The translations under genes and the position numbers were made by a program. From assembly GCA_020723485.1 (NCBI GenBank), contig DYIU01000001.1:646265-710264 (forward strand): a stretch of DNA of 64,000 nucleotides, read 5' to 3'. The notes under the pieces were generated by a model. The model was not told the DNA's origin. It worked only from the letters and a program-made list of their open reading frames with translations, and made no database searches. Shown one piece after another: positions 57,589 to 64,000 of the stretch (position 1 is its first letter; each line of letters starts with the position of its first letter). Source of the stretch: Acidimicrobium ferrooxidans (GTDB taxonomy: Bacteria; Actinomycetota; Geothermincolia; Fen-727; Anoxymicrobiaceae).

Positions 57589-59735
57589 ACCGGGGCGGCA
57601 CCCCGGAGGACTCGAAGAGCTTCCGGGTCGCCGTCGCGGTCACCGTGCTCATAAGCGTCTTCGCCGCCGTGAGGTTCGGCGCGGTCGGCTGGCCCGCCGG
57701 CATCGCGGTGATGACTGGCGTGGTCGCGGGCTCTTACCTCTCCTACAGGTGGCGGCGGAAGGACAACCTACTGTTGAAGCTCGTGCTGAGCGTGCTCCTG
57801 CTGGTGGTGTTCGCGCTGTTCTGGACGGAACTCGGCGGCTCAATCCACGATCTGCGCTACCCGCTGGTGAGGCTTTTCCTCTGGCTGCAGGTGCTCCACT
57901 CCTTTGACCTCCCCACCAGGCGCGACCTCGACTTCTCGCTGGTGAGCGCGGCCATTCTCATAGCGTTCGCCGGGTCCCTCAGCACCTCGAGTGACTTCCT
58001 TCTCGTGCTGGTCCCGTTCTTCGGGTCGGGGCTCGTCGCGCTGTACCTCGGCCACCGCTCCGGCCTGAAGGCGGGCGCCGACGTTGTCGCCTCAGGCACG
58101 GGGCGTTCTCCAGTCTGGCGGCTCGTGCTCACCGGGTTCGTGCTTGTCCCGCTCGTGCTGGGGTTCTTCATGGTGCTGCCGCGCCTACCCGGCTTCAACT
58201 CTTACTACCTGCCGGTCTCCGATTCGGATTCGGCGAGGCGGGATTTCACCGCGATCATCCGCAACCCCGGGTACGAGGATTACCCCGACGAGTTCCCGGA
58301 CAGGCCTCTGCCTTACAACCCCAACGCGTACTTCGGGTTCAACAAGTTCATGGACCTGAGGGTAAGGGGCATACCGGCGGATGTCACGGTGATGAAGGTG
58401 CGAAGCGACATGCCGGCCTACTGGAGGTCCACGGCTTTCGACCGGTTCCTCGGCAACGGGTGGGAGAACACGGAGAGCCGCAGGGACATGGAGGAGATAT
58501 ACTCCGATTCGCTGCCGCTCACCCTTAGCTACCCGGATGAGATAGGCCGCTACCGCACGAGAGAGCTCGTCCAGACTTTCTTCATAGAGGGCGAGCTTCC
58601 CAACACCATGTTCGCGGCTTACATCGCCAGGGACGCGTTCTTCCCGACCAGGGTCCTCAAGACGGACTCCCTCATGACGGTGCTCACGCCGCTCCAGCTT
58701 GACCCGGGCCTCATCTACACGGTGGTGTCGGAGGTGAGCGACGTCGAGCCGGAGGTCCTGAGGGAAGGGCGCGCATGGGGCAGCGTCCCCCCGGAGCTGC
58801 TCGCCAGGTACACGCAACTCCCCGGGATGTCGCCCGCGGTCAAAGACCTGGCCCTGCAGGTGACCGCGGGCCGGACTAGCCAGTACGACCAGGTGGTCGC
58901 CATTTCCGACTACCTCAAGCAGACCTACCCCTACGACCTGGATACGCCGAAGCAGGGCGACGCACAGAACACCGTCGAGTTCTTCCTCTTCGAGGCGAAG
59001 AAAGGGTACTGTGAGCACTTCGCCACGGCGATGGCGGTGATGTGCAGGTCCATCGGGATCCCGGCGAGGGTAGCCGTCGGATTTGACACCGGCGAGTACA
59101 ACTCGCTGACCGGCTACTACGAGGTCAGCGGCAGGGACGCCCACGCGTGGGTCGAGGTCTACTTCCCGGTGTTCGGCTGGATCGAGTTCGACCCGACCCC
59201 GGGCTGGTCGGACCCGTCCGAACTGAAGGAGACGAACAGCACCTGGTCGGGGTTCGCGCTGCTCAGGAACATCGGTAAGGCGATAGCGGACGCGCTACCG
59301 GCCGGATGGGCACGGGCGGCCTGGTCGGGGGTCAAGACCGCCGCGGACGGGGTGGCGGGCTTCGTTACCCGGTTCTGGCCCTGGCTTGTCGGGATCACGC
59401 TGGCCGCGGCGGCGCTTGCGCTGTTGAGGCGCTACAGGCCCCGCCGGGGGAGGGCCCCGGGGCCCGCCGGAGGCGATGGAGGCCCGCGCGAGACCGCCTT
59501 CGAGATGTTCGCCAGGATGGCGGCGGCGCTGGAGCGCAGGGGAGTGGCCAGGCGTCCCGCTCAAACGCCGGTCGAGTACGGTCACGAGGCGGACCGGCGG
59601 CTGGGCCTAGCGGGGATCGCCGGCATGGCGGCCGCGCTGTTCGATCGGGCGAGGTTCGCGAAAGAACCCACAGCAGAAGACCTGGCCGCCCTCGGCCGGG
59701 CCGTCGACGCGGTCATAAATGGGGGTCACGTCTGA
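57552..59735 (+). CDS. TgpA-like membrane transglutaminase-domain protein
   Basis: Multi-TM N-terminus; GYCEHFA, AHAWVE and FDPT triad. Confidence 0.9.
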   Translation: MFERAVESYRAMNRGGTPEDSKSFRVAVAVTVLISVFAAVRFGAVGWPAGIAVMTGVVAGSYLSYRWRRKDNLLLKLVLSVLLLVVFALFWTELGGSIHDLRYPLVRLFLWLQVLHSFDLPTRRDLDFSLVSAAILIAFAGSLSTSSDFLLVLVPFFGSGLVALYLGHRSGLKAGADVVASGTGRSPVWRLVLTGFVLVPLVLGFFMVLPRLPGFNSYYLPVSDSDSARRDFTAIIRNPGYEDYPDEFPDRPLPYNPNAYFGFNKFMDLRVRGIPADVTVMKVRSDMPAYWRSTAFDRFLGNGWENTESRRDMEEIYSDSLPLTLSYPDEIGRYRTRELVQTFFIEGELPNTMFAAYIARDAFFPTRVLKTDSLMTVLTPLQLDPGLIYTVVSEVSDVEPEVLREGRAWGSVPPELLARYTQLPGMSPAVKDLALQVTAGRTSQYDQVVAISDYLKQTYPYDLDTPKQGDAQNTVEFFLFEAKKGYCEHFATAMAVMCRSIGIPARVAVGFDTGEYNSLTGYYEVSGRDAHAWVEVYFPVFGWIEFDPTPGWSDPSELKETNSTWSGFALLRNIGKAIADALPAGWARAAWSGVKTAADGVAGFVTRFWPWLVGITLAAAALALLRRYRPRRGRAPGPAGGDGGPRETAFEMFARMAAALERRGVARRPAQTPVEYGHEADRRLGLAGIAGMAAALFDRARFAKEPTAEDLAALGRAVDAVINGGHV

Positions 59736-59795
59736 TCTTATGACCCTGGATTTTCCACGGCCACCAGCCCCGGTCATAAAATCAGACGTTACCCC
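59722..59795. repeat. 24-bp imperfect inverted repeat (REPIN-like / bidirectional terminator)
   Basis: GGGGTCACGTCTGATCTTATGACC / GGTCATAAAATCAGACGTTACCCC, 2 mismatches, between convergent genes. Confidence 0.7.
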
Positions 59796-59801
59796 AGTCT
59801 A

Positions 59802-60977
59802 TTACAGGCGTTCCAGGATGATGGCGGTGCCCTGGCCGCCGCCGATGCACATGGTGGCGAGCCCGTAGGTCTTGTCCCGGTCGCGGAGCTCGTCGATGAG
59901 GCTGTAGGTTATGCGGTTGCCGGTCGCCCCGACCGGGTGCCCGTAAGCCACCGCGCCGCCCCAGATGTTCACGGTCTCCGGGTCCAGGCCGAGCTCGCGC
60001 TCGCAGTACAGGTACTGCGCCGAGAAGGCCTCGTTTATCTCCCACAGGTCTATGTCGGAGACCTTCATGCCGGCCCTTTCGAGGGCCTTGCGGGAGGAGG
60101 GGACCGGGCCGTATCCCATGTACTCAGGCGGGCATGCCGCAACCGCGAAATCGACGATTCTTGCGAGAGGCTTTATCCCCTCGGCCTTTGCCCGGGATTC
60201 CGACATTATTATGACGGCGCTGGCTCCATCGTTTATGCCGGACGCGTTCGCCGCGGTCACGGTGCCGCCCTCCTTGAAAGCAGGCTTGAGAGAAGCGAGC
60301 TTCTCGAGCGGGGTGTCCTTCGGGTGCTCATCCGTGTCAAAGACGCGAACGGACTTGCGCTCTCTGACCTCCACCGGGAGTATCTGCGGCCCGAGCTTGC
60401 CGTCCGCTATCGCCTGGAGCGCCCGGCGGTTGGACTCGAACGCGTGCTTGTCCTGGTCTTCACGGGTGATGCCGTGCTTCTCCACTATGTTCTCGGCGGT
60501 CAGGCCCATGATGAGCTGGGTGTGCGGGTCGATAAGGACCTCCCATAGGCTGTCGATGAACCGGACGTCCTTCATCCGCGCGCCGTAACGCATGTCACGG
60601 GAGATGTAAGGGGTGCTGCTCATCACCTCGACGCCGCCCGCCAGGATGATGCTGTCCTCGCCGAGCATTATCTGCCTGGAGCCGGCGAATATGGACTGCA
60701 TGCCGGAGCCGCATCCGCGGATGACCGTGTGGGCCGGAACGGTATTCGGTATCCCGGCCGCCAGCGCGGCTCCCCTGGGGACCAGGTTGTTCTCGTCGGT
60801 GCGTGGGATGACCTGCCCGAATATCACCTCGTCCAGCATGTCACCCGTCAGCCCTGCGCGGTCCAGCACCTCGATTATCATCAGCTTCGCCAGTTCTGTG
60901 GGTGTCATGTCCTTGAGAGAGCCGCCGAACGACCCGAACGCGGTCCTCACACCTGCTACGATTACGACATTCTCCAC
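59802..60977 (-). CDS. Acetyl-CoA C-acyltransferase (canonical thiolase)
   Basis: CGSG, NEAF, GHPVG and CIGGG catalytic motifs intact. Confidence 0.93.
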   Translation of the reverse strand: MENVVIVAGVRTAFGSFGGSLKDMTPTELAKLMIIEVLDRAGLTGDMLDEVIFGQVIPRTDENNLVPRGAALAAGIPNTVPAHTVIRGCGSGMQSIFAGSRQIMLGEDSIILAGGVEVMSSTPYISRDMRYGARMKDVRFIDSLWEVLIDPHTQLIMGLTAENIVEKHGITREDQDKHAFESNRRALQAIADGKLGPQILPVEVRERKSVRVFDTDEHPKDTPLEKLASLKPAFKEGGTVTAANASGINDGASAVIIMSESRAKAEGIKPLARIVDFAVAACPPEYMGYGPVPSSRKALERAGMKVSDIDLWEINEAFSAQYLYCERELGLDPETVNIWGGAVAYGHPVGATGNRITYSLIDELRDRDKTYGLATMCIGGGQGTAIILERL

Positions 60978-61091
60978 CGGAGCCTCCTTGTAGCGCTTCC
61001 GAAATAAGAAATGACCGGGCCGTCATGGCAACAGCCTGTTCGGCCAGTATTCTATATCCAGCCCGGGGGCAGGGCAAACATGGAATCCCAT

Positions 61092-61122
61092 AAAAAAACG
61101 GCGCCCGTTGAAGGGCGCCGTT
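61092..61122 (-). terminator. Intrinsic terminator after veg
   Basis: 10-bp stem AACGGCGCCC/GGGCGCCGTT with a 7-T run on the minus strand. Confidence 0.85.
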
Positions 61123-61138
61123 CCAGCGAATGTCTCGT

Positions 61139-61429
61139 CTAGCTGCTGAGCCAGTCGAAAAGACCCTCGTCCGTCTCCGGGTGCGAGAGCTCGACCGTGC
61201 GAGTGATGATGTCGGCGTAGCTGTAGGAAACCCTCTGGCTGGGCGAGGCCTTGGTCTCGACCCTGACCACGAAAACGTGGGGGTAGGTCTCCTCGAGGAC
61301 GGCCATGTTCTCGATGACGATCTTGCGTCCCTTGTTGGCGCGGACCTTGAGCTTGGTGCCGAGGCATTCGTTGAGGTCGTCGCGGATTCTCTTCATCACG
61401 TTCATCTGCAGGGGCTCGGAGTTTCTCAA
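61139..61429 (-). CDS. veg: Veg family protein
   Basis: G..L.VRANKGRK..ETYP.VF..SYSYADI.T..VE. Confidence 0.88.
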   Translation of the reverse strand: MRNSEPLQMNVMKRIRDDLNECLGTKLKVRANKGRKIVIENMAVLEETYPHVFVVRVETKASPSQRVSYSYADIITRTVELSHPETDEGLFDWLSS

Positions 61430-61472
61430 TTTTCACCTTCCAGCTTCGGTTCGGGCAAAAAGTGGCGCGATT

Positions 61473-61501
61473 ATTATATTTGAATTGGCAAAAAATGTCA
61501 A
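61473..61501 (-). promoter_or_regulatory. Consensus sigma70 promoter of veg
   Basis: TTGACA-17 nt-TATAAT, perfect match. Confidence 0.85.
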
Positions 61502-61589
61502 CATCTGTGGCCGGCGGGTACTGATCCGTGCCTGGCTGTTCCTTGGGTTGCGGCCCCAGAAGTGGTAGCGACCCGCGTCCCCCGCGTCC

Positions 61590-62510
61590 CTATACTTCAG
61601 TCCCGCACTTCGTGCAGAACTTCCGGCCGGGCTTTACGCGGGCCCCGCACTTGCGGCAGAACTTCTTTGCCTTCGGCGGCTGCTCCGCGGCCGGCGCGGG
61701 CTCTGGCGCAGGGGCGGCAGCGGCCGCCGGACCCGTCGTCTCAGGGGGCGCCTGGACCGCGGCGGATGCAAGAGTGGCCGGGACAGGCTCGGGCGCGGGA
61801 GCCGCCACGCCGGCTGTCGGGGCTTCGGGCTTCCGCCTTATGACGAGCACAAGCCCGGTCCCGAACGCCAGGGTCATGACGGCGAAGACTATTGAGAGCA
61901 GGGTCTTGTTCTCGCTGAAGAACCCCATCTGGGCGGAGGCGGGGGGCATGTCGTAGAGCACTGCCGATTCCTCGGCGTCGTAGCGAGCGTTGGACGCGGA
62001 GCCGGGAAGCTCTATCACCGTCCTGGTCAGGATCACCTGGTCGGTGAAGAGCGTGAACTCGCTGTTGATGGTGGACTTTTCCTCGAAGGTGAAGACCTTG
62101 CCGTCCTCGTCCTTGGGCTTCTCGGGGAGGCCGTAGACTGCGAACCTGCCCTTCTCGTTGTAGACAAAGCCCGGCTTGTCGTACGTAAGGACCACGGAGC
62201 GCTTGGCGTCGTCGAGGTCCGTCTTGAAGTCGACGAGCTCGCCGGTGTTGTCCACGGTTGTGAACCGCCTGGTCAGGAACCCGCGGTTGTCCTTCTCCAC
62301 CTTCTTTATCTCCGCGTAATCGTCCTTCTGGTAGGTGATGGTGTCGACGATATGGCCGTCGCCGACCTCGTTGATTATCACCCTGTATTCCTCGTTGATC
62401 GTCGGGGCTTCTTCCTCCTGGGCCAGGCAGAGCCCGGCTGCGAGGACGACAGCCGTAATGACCAGGGCCGCCGCAATGAATATCCTGAAGGCGTTCTTGC
62501 GCTTTACCAT
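61590..62510 (-). CDS. Secreted/membrane protein with C-terminal zinc ribbon
   Basis: Signal peptide, TM, Pro/Ala linker, FCRKCG..FCTKCG. Confidence 0.7.
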   Translation of the reverse strand: MVKRKNAFRIFIAAALVITAVVLAAGLCLAQEEEAPTINEEYRVIINEVGDGHIVDTITYQKDDYAEIKKVEKDNRGFLTRRFTTVDNTGELVDFKTDLDDAKRSVVLTYDKPGFVYNEKGRFAVYGLPEKPKDEDGKVFTFEEKSTINSEFTLFTDQVILTRTVIELPGSASNARYDAEESAVLYDMPPASAQMGFFSENKTLLSIVFAVMTLAFGTGLVLVIRRKPEAPTAGVAAPAPEPVPATLASAAVQAPPETTGPAAAAAPAPEPAPAAEQPPKAKKFCRKCGARVKPGRKFCTKCGTEV

Positions 62511-63610
62511 GCCGGCATCACCCCCGCCTGCCACCAGTAGCCAGGGTCGATCATGATTATCTCACCGCTCTCCTGGGCGCCGTTTATCTCTTCGCTGGCG
62601 ATGTCGATGCACTCGCTCGAGCTCACTTCGCCTGACACTATGTCGCCGTGCTTTGCGATGGCGTAGTCCTTGTCGATGAACGTGGACTCGATGGCGTAGA
62701 GGTCGCCGCTCTCGGGCAGTTCCACCAGCGGGATGGCGTGCCCGGGGATGAGGGCGACGTACGACTTCACCCCTATGGCCTCCATGAGCGCGCTCATGGC
62801 GACGGCGAGGTCGAGGCACGTGCCCGATTTGCGCTCGATAGTCTCACGCGGGTACTGCACGTACTGGGCGGCAGACCCGGCCCAGAACCCCTCGGGCTCC
62901 ATGATGTACTCGACACCCTCGGCTCGCAGCATGTCGAAGCATCTCTTGAACGCCTCGAGGGCGTCGTCATCGCTTGCGCGGGTCTCGAGGCCGCCCCCGA
63001 CCGTGTTGGCGAACGCCTTTGTGCTCTCTTCGTTCGGCGTGATAAATGCCGCAATGAACCTGTAGTTATCGAACTCGTCTGAGAAAGTGACCCTGTCTTC
63101 CTCGGGAAGGCTCGTGAACACGAAGTCGTTCCTGCCCAGCAGGAATATCTTCTGGTAGTCCTTGGCGGGCTTCGCGAGGCCCCGGTAGTCGTACTGCATG
63201 ACGAGTTCGACTGGGGTCTTCGTGGTGATGGCCTTCACCTGCTCTTCGTCCAGGGTGGGCCAGCAGTAGTCGCGGATCGTCTGACCGGGGCGGATCTCCG
63301 GGTACTCCTCTCCGGAAGTCCAGTCCGTGAGGTCTCCCACCTTGTAGGAGATCTTGAAGTCGTAGACCGGCATCTTGCCGGTGTTCTTTATGAGTGTCTT
63401 CGCCACCCACATGTCCTGGCTGTCGTCGCCGTAGGTCTTGTAGGCCGCGGTCAGTATCTCCTCGCGTGTGATCAGCTTGACGTCCAGCTTGACCTTGCCG
63501 GGGTTGTAACCCGTCCCCTGCGCACTCACCGCGACCAGGAACAGGATGCCGGACGACGCGGTCATCACCGCCAGGAGGACCACAAGGACGGTCTTCACCT
63601 GCTTGCTCAT
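62504..63610 (-). CDS. Secreted transglutaminase-like (Cys-His-Glu) protein
   Basis: QYPRETI..SGTCLD, PGHA and IEST motifs; signal peptide; AAAGGA RBS. Confidence 0.7.
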   Translation of the reverse strand: MSKQVKTVLVVLLAVMTASSGILFLVAVSAQGTGYNPGKVKLDVKLITREEILTAAYKTYGDDSQDMWVAKTLIKNTGKMPVYDFKISYKVGDLTDWTSGEEYPEIRPGQTIRDYCWPTLDEEQVKAITTKTPVELVMQYDYRGLAKPAKDYQKIFLLGRNDFVFTSLPEEDRVTFSDEFDNYRFIAAFITPNEESTKAFANTVGGGLETRASDDDALEAFKRCFDMLRAEGVEYIMEPEGFWAGSAAQYVQYPRETIERKSGTCLDLAVAMSALMEAIGVKSYVALIPGHAIPLVELPESGDLYAIESTFIDKDYAIAKHGDIVSGEVSSSECIDIASEEINGAQESGEIIMIDPGYWWQAGVMPAW

Positions 63611-63697
63611 TAGCAGTCCTTTCGTGAAGGCGGTCAGGCTTGGCTAAAAGTATAACGACAAAGTGCCGTTAGAGGGCTCCAACCAAATGTTAACACA

Positions 63698-63807
63698 CGC
63701 AACATCGGGGTCAGGTCATTTTGTTGCATTTCAGTACCGCGGGAGCTCCAGTGCCCTGGCCTCTTCAGGATGGACCTGCAACAAAATGACCTGACCCCGA
63801 TGTTGCG
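63698..63807. repeat. REPIN-like doublet: two perfect inverted 31-bp REP copies
   Basis: CGCAACATCGGGGTCAGGTCATTTTGTTGCA and its exact reverse complement, 48-bp spacer. Confidence 0.9.
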
Positions 63808-64000
63808 AAGCGGCAGGCCTCCTCGATCGCTGGAGCCAGGGGGCCGGGGGAGTAACCGAGTGACCGCTCGGCCTTCTCCGAGCTGTAGTACAGGGTCATG
63901 GAGGACACTCGAGCGAGCTCGCTCGAAAGACAGGGCCTGCGGCCGGTGAGCTTCCCCTTGAGTGAAGCACGCCTGCCGAGCGACAGCATCTTCTTCGTGT
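63765..64000 (-). CDS. C-terminus of NAD-dependent epimerase/dehydratase-like protein (truncated by window end)
   Basis: YYSSEKAERSLGYSP..AIEEA..F is typical of extended-SDR C-termini. Confidence 0.55.
   Translation of the reverse strand, partial: TKKMLSLGRRASLKGKLTGRRPCLSSELARVSSMTLYYSSEKAERSLGYSPGPLAPAIEEACRFATSGSGHFVAGPS

Overview
GC-rich, gene-dense chromosomal window with about 60 CDSs. No rRNA, tRNA, CRISPR array or transposase is visible. Gene content mixes actinobacterial traits (PadR-ino1 pair, Ltp3/Ltp4-like thiolase pair with DUF35) with Firmicutes-like core synteny (greA..lysS-mcsA-mcsB-clpC-disA..carD-yacL-ispD-ispF, veg). That fits a deep-branching anaerobic Actinomycetota-like organism (inference). 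Other content: two GAF-GGDEF cyclases, PilT plus a PilGHI/Xap-like ABC system, a ChlD-like ATPase, MoxR-DUF58-transglutaminase, NlpC/P60 and HDAC. The most unusual signals are non-coding. (1) A ~770-bp intergenic region (37816-38583) downstream of an orphan LytTR regulator holds a 54/55/100/100-nt repeat array with covarying stems, a separate multi-stem element and a candidate LytTR-boxed promoter. (2) A dispersed GGGGTCAGGTCA REP/REPIN-like family, one copy inside a CDS end. (3) A 159-nt element with a perfect 15-bp closing stem (6S-like RNA or MITE). Protein-level oddities include an McsB with Ser at the conserved catalytic Cys, a sensor kinase lacking its phospho-His, and probable ATC/CTG start codons. 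All calls are by eye, without database searches.
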